A stretch of DNA of 64,000 nucleotides from Williopsis jadinii (taxonomy: Eukaryota), in assembly GCA_024346625.1 (NCBI GenBank), contig AP024664.1, positions 1 through 64,000 of the forward strand, given 5' to 3'. Positions 43,724 through 55,607 of the stretch are shown here, piece after piece. How positions within the stretch are numbered: the stretch's first letter is position 1; each line of letters starts with the position of its first letter. The notes below the pieces were generated by a model. The model saw nothing but the letters and a program-made list of their open reading frames with translations, made no database searches and was not told where the DNA came from. Made by a program: the position numbers and the translations under genes.

Positions 43724-44238
43724 TTAGATATCGTCAATGTCAAGCTCCTCCTCTTCCTCTTCGTCATCCTCGTCGGCATCACCAAACTCAAAGTTGACAT
43801 CACCATCTTCTTCGGCAAACATATCAGTTTCGTTGATCTTGGCATCCATTGGCAATTCACCTTGGGCTTTCAAAGCACGGGCCTCGTCAACGTTGTACTT
43901 GTGGACAACGTCACATTGCTCATCTTGGAAATCTCTAAGAGACACCAAGATGATATCACCTTGAGCCATCCACACTTTCTTTCTGAGCTTACCTCTAATG
44001 TGGGCCATACGTTTGATACCATCGTAACAACTGGCCTCGACACGACCGTTACCGAGCATCTTGGTGATTTGAGCATACTCTTGACCTTCCTCTTTGTAGA
44101 TCAGCTCTCTCTTCTGACCGAAACCGTCACCTTTACCTCTTCTACCTTTTTTACCACCCTTTGGAAGTAATGTTAGTCAACAGCATCAGTGAGACGGATA
44201 GAACTTCTATTACTTACTTTTCCTCCTTTCTTTGGCAT
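43724..44238 (-). CDS. TIF11: Translation initiation factor eIF1A; exons 44238-44218 and 44158-43724
   Basis: A 59-nt intron GTAAGT..GACTAAC..AAG gives [28 protein letters not shown]; acidic tail DIDDI. Confidence 0.96.
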
Positions 44239-44514
44239 CTTGACTGGAGTATCTTGTGAAGTTACTTCTTCCTTTGCTGTGGGCCTTTTGTGTCTTGTGG
44301 ATTTTTCACTTTTTTTTTCCGCTCTTTCTTTGAAGATGAGATTACGTAATTCCGCCTAAAAGGATTATATAATATATCTGCCTGCTTATGTCATCTCTGC
44401 TTATGTAAGATAACTCCTCCGATTACGTAAATGTATGTGTACAAAACTTTCTTGCTGATATTTCACCTTGTCTACTTCAAAAGGTTAGACTCCAAGTCCA
44501 GCACTTCAGTAAAG

Positions 44515-45291
44515 ATGGATCCGTTTGAAGCAAGGCTACAATTTTCACAGATGATGGAAACGATGTCATCGTTTTCACAGACAATTTTGAAGGCGATAAA
44601 CTTTGCCCTCAAAAATCAAGACCTTCATGAAGACTTCCACTCTGTTGTTCTGGAGATCTTGGACAGATTGGACTTCAATGCCCGGATAAATGTCCTCTAT
44701 TTCCTCGAGGCACTGATACGATACATCTCAAATAGTGCAAACTTCAAAGATTCACGTGTGCCCTATGTTGATAACCTCGAGCGTGATTGGAAACTTATCC
44801 TCTCAAAAGTCATTGGTGATGATTTGGTTAACCTTAACAGCTGTGTGGATGTGCAACGTGAGGTTGAGAGAGTGCTGGGTAAACAGAACCGAGATTTGAG
44901 TAAGATGTTTGATGACTTGACGTTGGAGAATCTGGTTGTAAAGTCAGAAGAGTCTGAAGGGTTTAGAGCTGCATGGTCGTTCCTAATATCAAAGAAAAGA
45001 CAAGGTATTCGTGACAGATTACAATTGATCCACGACCCAGAGACAGCACACATAGGAGACAGCCTTTCGTCAAAGCCAACGAAGGAACAAATATTGAAAC
45101 GCATTGAAAATGATAGAGAACGTAACAAGAGACTTAAAGAGACAAACTGGGTCGTAGCCAGACCCTTAGGCAAGCCAGATATTCCCGAATTTGAAAGAAT
45201 CTGGAACCAATACCAGGCCTTGGACGAAGATGACTATTTACAGCTCAAAGAACTTCAACAGGTTGTTAGAGAAAGTTATCAAGTACTATAA
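44515..45291 (+). CDS. CTK3: CTD kinase I gamma subunit
   Basis: MDPFEARLQF, RINVLYFLE, RIENDRERNKRLKETNW. Confidence 0.88.
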   Translation: MDPFEARLQFSQMMETMSSFSQTILKAINFALKNQDLHEDFHSVVLEILDRLDFNARINVLYFLEALIRYISNSANFKDSRVPYVDNLERDWKLILSKVIGDDLVNLNSCVDVQREVERVLGKQNRDLSKMFDDLTLENLVVKSEESEGFRAAWSFLISKKRQGIRDRLQLIHDPETAHIGDSLSSKPTKEQILKRIENDRERNKRLKETNWVVARPLGKPDIPEFERIWNQYQALDEDDYLQLKELQQVVRESYQVL

Positions 45292-45323
45292 GTATATAAT
45301 GGACCCATTTGATCTAATGCTTT

Positions 45324-48300
45324 TTAAATGAGTTTCTTGAGTATGCTGTACAGTTCGTTCAATCCTTCAACACGCTCTTTGGCATTGGTGGCATCACCAT
45401 CAAAAGATATGGTAAACACGTTTTTTGCCTCATTATCAGCTGAAATTTCGTTACCGTATCCCAAGACTGGCTCGAAAAGGTCATTTGAACGACCACCGAT
45501 ACACACAAAATCCAATTGTTTTGGCTCCATCGGATCAACATTAGCGACACTCGGTGCTGAAGATGGAGAAGTTGGCTGCGCTAAAGAGATATCATTACCA
45601 ACTGTCCCAGTGGTTGTCATGTACTTGACAAGAAATTTAACAGCCTTTACAGCAGCATCAGACGGTAACACATAAACCGTATTGTCAACCACAGTGGCAT
45701 GAATTTTCTTACTGGAACTGTTCACATGGGTAATCAAATCACCAATAGTAGCAGCCTCACGCTCTTTATCTTGTACCTGTTCAGTGCGGAAAGCTAGAAT
45801 GGATTCACCTTGTTCAACACGAGCACCAGGCAAACGTTCTGCAAATGATTCGGCAACGACAGCAGTGCTCTGTAACAAAGATTCAATATCTTCAGATGCA
45901 AATGAAATCCAGTTCGAAGTATTTGAGAGTTTTAGGAAACTGCCACCCTCTGCAATGAGACCAACATTAGGCAGACGTCTAAACACACGCTCCAAATCAA
46001 CCCTCTTATAGCCTGAAAGCACATAAACCTGATTAGCAGTACTGAGATCGCTGAGAATTGCCATCTCACGTTCAACTGGCATCCTAGATAACAACAATAC
46101 AAACAGTCTATTTTTAGACGTTTGGTATTTCAAGCTGAAGTCTTTGACGTTTAAAGCAGAATACCTTTCCTTTTCGTGCTGTTCCTGCCAACTATCTTTG
46201 ATGAATTTCAAAGACGCCTCAACCCAATAGTCACAGTCCTGATGAGAAACAACGTCATACAATAAGCGCCAATTCTTTTCCTTTTCTCCTGGAGTCATCG
46301 CCAAAGCGGTCTTATATGCCTGTGACACTTGCTTTATATCCCAAGGATTGATAAGCAGAGCACCTTTCTTGAAAACTGCAGCCGAACCTGTGAATTCACT
46401 CAAGATCAATGGCGACTTTTTTTCGGCAGTTGCAACGATGAACTCATGACATGTCAAGTTCATACCTTCTCTCATAGAAGACACGATAAAGGTATCAGCC
46501 TCTGCAATGAGTGCCAAATACTGAACAAAATCGATATCTTGATGAATAAACACAACCGGTTGAGTTGTTGAAATATTTGGAGACAGGGAATTGATACGAT
46601 CAACAACTGACATAATCTCTGATTCTAAAGCGTTCTCCACTGTACTTGATTTCAGGCATATTTGAATCAACACAGTGGTTTCCAAATACTCGGGGTTATT
46701 TTGCAGGAACATCTCATAAGCCAACAATTTCTCTTTGACGCCACGGATTCTATCAAACTTATCACGACCAACAATGATCTTCTTATCTCCCCAACGTTGC
46801 TTGATCAATTCTCTCCAAGAGGTTACGAGGTCCGTGGCGATCTGTTTTCTCAATTTGTGAGCATCGATACCTACCGGTTGGGCTCTCACTTTAACAGTGT
46901 AGCCGTTGTATCTCAACTCATCATGTGAAACATCAGCCAACAACAACTTGTTACAAGTTTGTAAGAAATGACGAACGTATTCTGTTGTTTGGAATGAAAT
47001 TGCGTTTGATCCTAACAATCCCTGGAGTAAAGCTTCTCTCTGAGCAAAGCATCTAAAAACTTCACTTGAAGGGAATGAGACGTGCATGAAGAATCCAATC
47101 TTAGCATTTGGCAATTTCGAACGAACCATCTCTGGTACCAACAGTAGATGATAGTCATGAATCCAGATTATATCATCTTCTTTGTAAATCTGCACAATCT
47201 TATCTGCAAATAATTGGTTTAAAGAACGGTAGTACTCCCAAGAATGATCTTCAAATGCCTTTGAATTTGGATTGTCTGGAATCTGATAATGTAGAGTTGG
47301 CCATAGAATTTGTTTACAGAAATTCTTGTAGTGTCCTTGGAACGTCAAATCAGATGGCAAGACAGATTCTGAGTGGTACTCATCTTTCAACTTGGAGGTG
47401 ATTTTCAACTTTGTCTTATCGTCCAAAGCATCTGTTGGGATACCAATGGTTCCTAACCACGTGTAGTCTTTGACGATTCCATCCTCCAGACTCGACTTGA
47501 TGGCGTTTTTCAACCCACCATTACCCTTTGCAAATTCAACAACTTGGAATGGAGCATTTGCGAAGAGTTCAGAACTCTTAGAAGTTGGTGGCATCTTCTT
47601 CTTTGAAAACCCACCAAATTTTGGAATTCTGTAAGACTGTTGAGCATCGTATCCATCATCAATATCATCGTTTGCATTTTCATTTTCAATCACCGCCTCG
47701 TCTTCGTCATCATCCACTCCATTGCTGTCTTCATTGTCATCCTCTTCGTCATCAACATCATCCCTTGTGGAGAACTTGAGGGCAGAGCGCTTATACGGAA
47801 CCCTCTTAACACCAGCCAACCCTGGGGTGGCAGCGTCACGTTTCATCTGAACCACCGAGTGTGAAGGTGACAGGTTGCTAACACGGCTCTTTGGTATAAA
47901 GATCGATGCCGCGCTTGATGTTCTCAGTAACTCAGGCGAACTGGACATGCTTGTGGTTGTACTCTGCATCCCGGTATTGCCAATGTTTGAATGTGTTGAG
48001 CTGGACACAGCTGTCATTAACAGATCAGAAGCCGGTAAGGTAGGTGCTGGAGTCTGCACCCCGCTGTGACTAACAGTTCTTGATAGGATTCCCCTCGTCT
48101 GTGGAGACGAGTGTTGCGAGTTGAAGAAGAAGTCCTCAACGCTCTGGTTCTCACTCTTGAACTGTTCTTGGGACTTACTACTCAACACTGTCTGTGTTGG
48201 GAGCATTGTAGATGACGCATTGATCGATGACGATCTCTGCTTTGGGATAGCAATGGCCTCCGCTTGATTGTCAGTGAGTTCATCCACAATTTCCTGGTCA

Positions 48301-48422
48301 GCCTGGAATTCCACCGTGTAGGGAAGAAACCTGTGTTATTATTTCCGTTAGTACATACAAACTGCTCCATCTTTCAGCCGACTTGGTGGTACAACTTACA
48401 AGGAAGCAACGATAAGTGTCAT
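45324..48422 (-). CDS. TPS3: Trehalose synthase complex regulatory subunit (Tps3/Tsl1); exons 48422-48400 and 48330-45324
   Basis: A 69-nt intron GTAAGT..TACTAAC..CAG gives MTLIVASLFLPYTVEF; GT20 domain CKQILWPTLHY, IWIHDYHL, REGMNLTCHEF. Confidence 0.92.
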
Positions 48423-48718
48423 GCTGCTCAATGATTGCACTGTGTATGTACGATATTGCTTATTACGAAGTAAATCGACTCCTTTTATAGATGATGCTAC
48501 CAGAACGTGTTGGTTGCTGTGAAAGTTGATTGCTTTCAGGATTTTTCAGCCGGCCGCCATTTTCGATTTTTTTGTGGTTTCTGTGCTCTTCCATTTGTTT
48601 TTTTGACACAACACGAGGTTTCACCCTTTTGTTACCAAATCAAAACATCGCGGAAAAACAGCACGGAAATTCCCAGCCTGTGGCCTCATCCTAAACGATA
48701 CGAGACATATTTGGGAAG

Positions 48719-49651
48719 ATGGCCTTATACGACGCGCATTGTCATATTTCGACAGACTTCAACGGGAAGGATATCGATGAGCTGATCGCAAGAGTTAAGA
48801 GGTGGGCACCGGCCCAGTTTGTCGTTATGTCAACGAACCACCTGGACTACAAATACGTGGATGAGTTGGCGACGAACTGCTCTAACGTCATACCCAGTTT
48901 TGGGGTCCACCCGTGGTACTCGCACCTTTTCACGTTGGAAAGTGGTGGTGTTGATAAGAAAACTCACTATTGTAGTGTCTTTGGCACGGAAGACGTTGAA
49001 GCAACGTTACTGGAGATATTACCGGAGCCCATCCACTTTGAAACGCACCTCAGGCAGCTGGTGGCTCTATGCTTGAAACACTCTCCTCGAGTGTGCTGGG
49101 GAGAGCTTGGGCTCGACAAGCTATTCAGAGTGCCCGACAATGGGTTTTATAGCAACCCGCAACGTCCAAGCACCAAACTGACAAGTTATAGAGTATCAAT
49201 GTCGCATCAGAAACGAATTCTTGAGAGACAGCTGGACGCTGCCCTCCAGCACAACTGGCCCTTGTCGTTGCATAATGTCAAGGCTGGCGGTGCAGTTGTT
49301 ACCATACTGAGGGAGTCCCTGGAGAGAAACGGGATCGGTCACGGAGCCCGAGTATGTTTCCATTCGTACACCGGGTCGATAGACACGTTGAAAATGGTCA
49401 TGAAACAGCTCAAACACCATACGATCTTCGTGTCGGTATCTGGTTACATCAACCTGGCGAGAATGGACGAGTTCAAAGAACTATGCAACGTTGTGCCGAG
49501 GGGCCAGCTGCTCACAGAGACAGATCTCTGCTTGAACTACAAACATCCAGACACCTATGAAGAGCTCGTCAAGGTTTCACAGACGGTCGTTGACGTGCGG
49601 GGAAACGACGAAGAAGAGTGGTCATTTCCCCTCAATAATTTCCTATCCTGA
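48719..49651 (+). CDS. TatD-family metallo-hydrolase (YMR262W/Scn1-like)
   Basis: DAHCH, FGVHPW, GELGLDK, SLH, FHSYTGS, ETD; divergent from TPS3 as in S. cerevisiae. Confidence 0.9.
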   Translation: MALYDAHCHISTDFNGKDIDELIARVKRWAPAQFVVMSTNHLDYKYVDELATNCSNVIPSFGVHPWYSHLFTLESGGVDKKTHYCSVFGTEDVEATLLEILPEPIHFETHLRQLVALCLKHSPRVCWGELGLDKLFRVPDNGFYSNPQRPSTKLTSYRVSMSHQKRILERQLDAALQHNWPLSLHNVKAGGAVVTILRESLERNGIGHGARVCFHSYTGSIDTLKMVMKQLKHHTIFVSVSGYINLARMDEFKELCNVVPRGQLLTETDLCLNYKHPDTYEELVKVSQTVVDVRGNDEEEWSFPLNNFLS

Positions 49652-51047
49652 CCTTACCTGGCGCAGTTCCCGTGACAACAATACAGGAGCAAAGAGTGTC
49701 CATGGACAAAAGACGAGATAGAGAAAAAGAAACTCGTGAAAATCTGAGCGGAGAAGAGGCGATGAGAAGAGTTTAGAACAATAGGAGGGGTACTACTGAA
49801 TTATACTCTCAACTCAACGGATTAATTCAAGGACAAGGGAATTTTCAACGGTCGTTGATGAGGAGTATTTCCAAGGGGTCGTTTCCGTTTGGATCTAAAG
49901 TTTGTTGACGCTTATTGTACATGATTGTTTACCTTTTCCCCCCATTCTTTCTTGTGCCCTGAGTTTTTACGTATGTATCGAATACACACTGGTACTTTTG
50001 TGACAGGCTAGAGATTTGATCCTGTGTACTTGATCTCTACAATACGCTCAGACACGCCATCCACGACATGACTACAACGCGAGTCGGCACCGGTGAAGAG
50101 TGTGACTTTATATCCGGGTAGATGGCAAGGCTAATTGCTGCTGTTTTCCTCTTCCAGACAGAGTGGCTTTTTTTTCCGTTTCCCTACAGTGTGCGCAGTA
50201 GGAGAATGTCGGTCCCCTTTCCCAGTGTCTCTCACGCAGAAAAAAAAACTTAGTAGTAAAGCACCAAGTAAATTAGAAGCAAAATGATAGGGGGAAGGGT
50301 GCAAACGCCAGAGAGGCTACAATTCAGGAAAAACCCGCGTGTCTGGGTCCGTTGTTCCAAGAACTTTGCACGTTCATGAAGGGTTGATTAAAACTGCTTC
50401 AGGGGAGAGCTGCACAGTAAACACGTTGGGAAGAACAAACGAGCCCAATTAATATAATCGCACAACAATCTCTATACGATACACATCAAAAAAGTACTCC
50501 TCACTCTCCTACCCATGCTTACCGGATAAACTTTTGTTGGTCTCTCTGCTCAAGAAAAACACTTCCTGTGTACCGTCGCGTCCGCGCTTCTGCCTAGCTT
50601 GCGTCCTCGGGATGGGGGTAAATCTCCTTCTACGCGCGCGTACTCTGCCTAGCTTTTTCTTTTCTTTTTCCTCGGCGACCGCTGGTCTGGTGGAACGTTT
50701 CTGCCCAGCGTTCATACTTCGCACCCTGGCCTGTCCGCCATGACGGTTTGTGCCTTTCTTATTCCCTGCCTGGGATTTGAGTCTTTTTACCGCCCAACCT
50801 ACTTGCGCGCGAGCCCAGCTCTGGGCAGAAGCAGCGCCAGAGCCGTCGTGCGATTATCACCGGACACAGAACGCATCCGAATGCACTTGTGGTTCTGGGA
50901 GACTTGAAATATAAATAGGAAGCTCAATCTCAGAGATTTGTACATTGCGGGTCTTTTTTCTTGAAAAGTCCTCTCTTCTTTCCAATCCTCCTGTTCAAGC
51001 GAAGGTTGGTTTAGTACTTGTCCACTTCTTCACATATTCATACAACA

Positions 51048-52619
51048 ATGTCTCAACTCCTTAAGCAAAGAGTCCGTTACGCTCCTTATCTCAAGAAGCT
51101 CAGAACCCCAGAAGAGTGTGTTGAACTCTTCAAGAACAACCAGTACATCGGCTGGTCCGGTTTCACCGCTGTTGGTTCTCCAAAGGTTGTCCCAGACGCC
51201 GTTGCTCAACACGTTGAGGACAACAACTTGCAAGGCAAGCTACAATTCAACTTGTTTGTCGGTGCCTCCGCTGGTAAGGAGGAGTCCAGATGGGCTACAA
51301 ACAACATGATCAAGCTCAGATCTCCTCACCAAGTTGGTAGACCAATTGCTGCCGGTATCAACGATGGTAGCATCAAGTTCTTTGACAAGCACTTGTCCAT
51401 GTTTGCGCAAGATTTGACCTATGGTTTCTACACCAGAGAGAAGGAGAATGATTTGTTGGATATCTCCATCATTGAGGCCACCGCCATTACTGAGAGTGGT
51501 GCTATTGTTCCAGGTCCAGCTGTCGGTGCCACCCCAGAGATGGTGTCTGTTTCTGACAAGATTATCATTGAAGTCAACACCGCCACTCCATCCTTCGAAG
51601 GTTTGCACGATATTGACATGCCAATCAACCCACCTCACAGACCACCATACCCATACATGACTGTTGACCAGAAGTGTGGTGTACACGCAGTTCCAGTTGA
51701 TCCAGAAAGAGTCATTGCCATTGTCGAATCTACTACTAAGGATTCTGTTCCACCAAACACCCCATCTGACGCCATGTCTAGGGCCATCGCTGCTAACTTG
51801 GTTGAGTTCTTTAGAAATGAGGTCAAGGCTGGCAGAATGCCAGAGAACTTGCACCCATTGCAATCCGGTATCGGTAACGTTGCCAACGCCATTATCGAAG
51901 GTTTGGCCGATGCTAACTTCAAGCACTTGAACGTCTGGACTGAGGTTTTGCAAGATTCTTTCTTGGACTTGTTCGAGAATGGTTCCTTGGACTATGCTAC
52001 CTCTACATCTGTCAGATTGACCGAAGCTGGTTTCGAAAGATTCTTCAACAACTGGGACGAATTCTCCAAGAAGTTGTGTCTTCGTTCCCAAGTCGTTTCC
52101 AACTCGCCAGAGATCATTAGAAGATTGGGTGTCATTGCTATGAACACTCCAGTGGAGGTTGATATCTACGCCCATGCCAACTCCACCAACGTCCAAGGCT
52201 CTAAGATGTTGCATGGATTGGGTGGTTCCGGTGATTTCTTGCGTAACGCAAAGGTGTCCATCATGCACACCCCTGCGGCACGTCCATCCAAGACCGACCC
52301 AACTGGTATCTCTTGTGTCGTTCCGTTCGTCTCCCACATTGACCACACTGAGCACGACTTGGATGTCCTTGTCACTGACCACGGTTTGGCCGACTTGAGA
52401 GGTTTGTGCCCAAGAGAGAGATCTAGAGTTATCATCAAGAACATTGCTCACCCAGACTACGTTGACCAATTGCTTGACTACGTTAACAGAGCTGAGCACT
52501 ATGCCCAAAAGACCAAGTCTCTGCACGAGCCACACATCTTGGCTGATGCCTTCAAGATGCACTTGAACCTTGCTAAGAACGGTACCATGAAGTTGTCATC
52601 TTGGGATGCTCCAATCTAG
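51048..52619 (+). CDS. ACH1: Acetyl-CoA hydrolase / CoA-transferase
   Basis: [51 protein letters not shown]; strong codon bias. Confidence 0.97.
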   Translation: MSQLLKQRVRYAPYLKKLRTPEECVELFKNNQYIGWSGFTAVGSPKVVPDAVAQHVEDNNLQGKLQFNLFVGASAGKEESRWATNNMIKLRSPHQVGRPIAAGINDGSIKFFDKHLSMFAQDLTYGFYTREKENDLLDISIIEATAITESGAIVPGPAVGATPEMVSVSDKIIIEVNTATPSFEGLHDIDMPINPPHRPPYPYMTVDQKCGVHAVPVDPERVIAIVESTTKDSVPPNTPSDAMSRAIAANLVEFFRNEVKAGRMPENLHPLQSGIGNVANAIIEGLADANFKHLNVWTEVLQDSFLDLFENGSLDYATSTSVRLTEAGFERFFNNWDEFSKKLCLRSQVVSNSPEIIRRLGVIAMNTPVEVDIYAHANSTNVQGSKMLHGLGGSGDFLRNAKVSIMHTPAARPSKTDPTGISCVVPFVSHIDHTEHDLDVLVTDHGLADLRGLCPRERSRVIIKNIAHPDYVDQLLDYVNRAEHYAQKTKSLHEPHILADAFKMHLNLAKNGTMKLSSWDAPI

Positions 52620-53068
52620 GCGTGAGAAAGGATATTCTTTTCACCTTCTGAGAATGCATGCACTAAAAAAGACATACTATACAACCACGGAATGTTAACG
52701 ACTTATAATTTTTTTCCTACGTTTTGATTTCTTTCTGAACATACGATTTATAAAACATATACTATTTTGTCATTAAGAGTACTATATACAGCTTCTTTGA
52801 TAGATGTTAAAACGCTATTCCGACGGTGTAGAACTTCAACTTTGTTCATTTGAAGTATTAGCCCTAAAACTAACCCCCGCGCCCGTTACCCTGCTGAACC
52901 GCGAATCCGTGGTCAAAAAGGAAGAAAATTTGTCGAGGAAGTTCTTTTCTCTCTTCCACTTTCACCAGTGTCTTTGCTACAACAGCCAGGGCAAAAAAGC
53001 ACAAGAGGTAAGTGTTCGTGCCATGTGAATTGAATATCTCTGTCGGTCTATTACATGGCCCAGCTGGT

Positions 53069-53166
53069 CTCTTAATGATGAAAACGTTTACTCAGCTCAC
53101 TCAGAGCCTTGCAATGCTGATAACCTATCCTATCCAACATTCATCAATTTATCTGACTATTAAGAG
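53069..53166 (+). ncRNA. SNR71: Box C/D snoRNA, snR71-like (predicted guide for the 25S rRNA Am2946 equivalent), inside intron 53008-53244
   Basis: C box ATGATGA 53075-53081; guide ACTCAGCTCAC 53090-53100; D' CAGA 53102-53105; C' ATGCTGA 53114-53120; D box CTGA 53153-53156; terminal inverted repeat CTCTTAAT/ATTAAGAG. The rRNA target sequence was recalled from memory. Confidence 0.8.
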
Positions 53167-53584
53167 TTTCAGCGGACTTTATGCTGGACAGAAAATCAAT
53201 TCCGAGAAGGAGGACGAGACCCGCATACTAACAGTATTCTCTAGATTGTACGTGTATATTCCTATAAATGCATAGAACATAACCTCTTTACCTAAACTGT
53301 AGTCTGAACTTGAGATTTATACCTCCATCGTAGGAATGTTCCGAGGTCCAAGTACAAACAACACAACCTCCAACAAAGAAATGAAGAGATGGCTTCTTGA
53401 GCAAATAACGCTGGCGTGTGTGTGTCCCGTACCGAAACATATTGCCTCGCTGTGCTGGCTCTGGTGTGGCTCTTCTGTTTTAGAATCATTAGTAAGGTGA
53501 GCTATTTAATGACACCTGCTGGAAGAAGTTTGAGATCGAATCGATTCCTTCCCTCCTGTCAACTGCTAGCTCAATTCACTAACA

Positions 53585-53869
53585 ATGTCTCACCAATACC
53601 ATTTCGACGTTAAGATGTCGTGCTCTGGTAAGTAAGCCCACTGCTCATTTGAGCCTAAGTAGATGGAGGTGGAACTAACAATATACACCTGCCCAGGATG
53701 TTCCAATGCGGTCAACAAGGCTCTGTCCCGCAAGTCTGAGATTTCAAACATCGACATCTCACTGGAGAAGCAATCTGTCGATGTCACGACTACTTTGCCA
53801 TACGATGATGTTCTCGCTGCTATCAAGAAGACTGGTAAGGAAGTGCTAGGTGGTAACGTTGTTGCCTGA
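53585..53869 (+). CDS. ATX1: Copper chaperone Atx1; exons 53585-53627 and 53697-53869
   Basis: A 69-nt intron GTAAGT..AACTAAC..CAG gives MSHQYHFDVKMSCSGCSNAVNKAL..IKKTGK. Confidence 0.94.
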
Positions 53870-53914
53870 TTACAGTACAATGCTAGAATGGAGAGTCTTT
53901 TTTTTCTTTTCTCA

Positions 53915-55339
53915 TTATATGTAGTCATAACTCATAAAAGAGGTTGGACTATACGCCTTCATTCGAAGAATGCCCCCGGTGGTGCCGTCGCTGATGCCAC
54001 ATACGAGCCATTGTTCACCTTGGTCGTCAACATTGACGAAATGTGCACCCATGGTTTGTCCTAAGAATGTAACTTCCTCAATGGTCCATTCAGGCTCATT
54101 TAGTGACGCCACACAAACTCGGTCAATGCTTTCACTCCATGATAGCTGCTGTGTACTGGATAACCTGTTGAACTCAACAGTACGCACCCCACTGCCTGTT
54201 TGAGTGCATACAACGTCTCTATCCAACCATCTGCGATCCCAAACTCGAACTGTGCAATCTTGGGAACCAGTAGCGATTAGATTGCAATCGATGGTGGACC
54301 AATCACAGGCAAAGTTGAAATCCTTGTGACCTCTTAAGCTATCAATTGGCACAAGACCCTGACGTTTGTCCAGCAGATAACCATTCACGTTATCGCCCAC
54401 AAACAGCTGGACATTAGGTTCATATGGACAGTTGGTCATATAGTTAATTGGCCAGGGAAACCGTGTGGTCTGCAATTTTTGACAATTATTCAAGTCAATA
54501 GTGGTTAATTGTCCATTATTTGTACATATTTGTGCCTGGTTCGAGTTGTTATCCATGCAGATACAGTTTATACTTCCAAACGAGTCGCCAATAGAAGTAT
54601 CGTGTAAGGAGCCATCACAGGATTTGATATATAAGGACCCATGTAAAGTACCAGTCAGTAACACGCTCTCCTTTGTAGAGTCAACACACGTTATTCTCAT
54701 TGATGGATCATGCTTAAACTCAACAAGTGGGTCAATCTCACCAGTCTGTAAGTCCAATTGCTTCAAGACAGGGTAAGCAGAATGTCCAGCACTGAAAGAC
54801 AGCTCTGAATATATCACTTTACACCTATTTGACTGGGGGATATGAATCAATTGGTTTCGAAGCTGAAAATGCGGTAACTTTGGTGTGGGTTTACGGTAAA
54901 ACTTGTCAAACTGCCACACTTTCCTGGAAGACGGTGTGTATTCAAAATTCACATCAGACGAAGCTTTTGAAATACATCCAGGAATATTGGTAAAGGTTTC
55001 GTACCTTTTCAACCTCTCTTCCAACATCGTTTCCCTCTGTGTTTTCGAATCCCAGTATATACCTTGGACGTCACCAGTATTAAAGCTATGATTGGGACCC
55101 GGAACTATCACCTGCTCTTCTTTCAACAACGTTTGCTTCAGGTTGTGCAAGCACACAGCTAGCTCCTTATGAGGTAGCAACGGCTCAGCACGGCAGCAGC
55201 GACGTGTATCTGTCATCAGTCCATACAAAAAGTTCAAATACTGGTACTGATCTGGAATCTGGGGTAAATCGTTGTAGGACATGATGGAGTCATCAGAAAC
55301 CATAAAATCGTCATCAAAAACATCTAAGGACATGATCAA
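53915..55339 (-). CDS. WD40-repeat protein (DUF2415/Gid11-like)
   Basis: GDVQGIYW, HFQLRN, GHKDFNFACDW, ATGSQDCTVRVWD. Confidence 0.7.
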   Translation of the reverse strand: MIMSLDVFDDDFMVSDDSIMSYNDLPQIPDQYQYLNFLYGLMTDTRRCCRAEPLLPHKELAVCLHNLKQTLLKEEQVIVPGPNHSFNTGDVQGIYWDSKTQRETMLEERLKRYETFTNIPGCISKASSDVNFEYTPSSRKVWQFDKFYRKPTPKLPHFQLRNQLIHIPQSNRCKVIYSELSFSAGHSAYPVLKQLDLQTGEIDPLVEFKHDPSMRITCVDSTKESVLLTGTLHGSLYIKSCDGSLHDTSIGDSFGSINCICMDNNSNQAQICTNNGQLTTIDLNNCQKLQTTRFPWPINYMTNCPYEPNVQLFVGDNVNGYLLDKRQGLVPIDSLRGHKDFNFACDWSTIDCNLIATGSQDCTVRVWDRRWLDRDVVCTQTGSGVRTVEFNRLSSTQQLSWSESIDRVCVASLNEPEWTIEEVTFLGQTMGAHFVNVDDQGEQWLVCGISDGTTGGILRMKAYSPTSFMSYDYI

Positions 55340-55607
55340 CCATAAGTGTATCCTGGAATTAATAAGAGAACCAACAAACCACTGGTGGCAACCTTTCAGA
55401 ATGCACCGCCTTATCTATTTATGTCCCTTGGAAGCATTTTGACACCTTCCGCATAGTTTACACCCTATTCTACACATCCAGACACCCAAACATCCAGACA
55501 TCCCTTTTTTCACACCCGAGGACACCTTCAAGGCCATACAAAAAGACATCAATTGTACTTAGCTTTTACTATCTAGGTGGTCTTGATTGGTTGAGAGTCA
55601 TTCTACA

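Noticed and set aside
50339..50348. GTGTCTGGGT, a 10-nt telomere match considered as a telomerase RNA template on the minus strand
   Set aside because: About one 10-nt match to any permutation of the repeat is expected by chance in 64 kb on two strands, and I could not identify other telomerase RNA elements with confidence.
51240..52562. 440-aa antisense ORF over ACH1
   Set aside because: Shadow frame produced by the strong codon bias of a highly expressed gene; it has no recognisable motifs.
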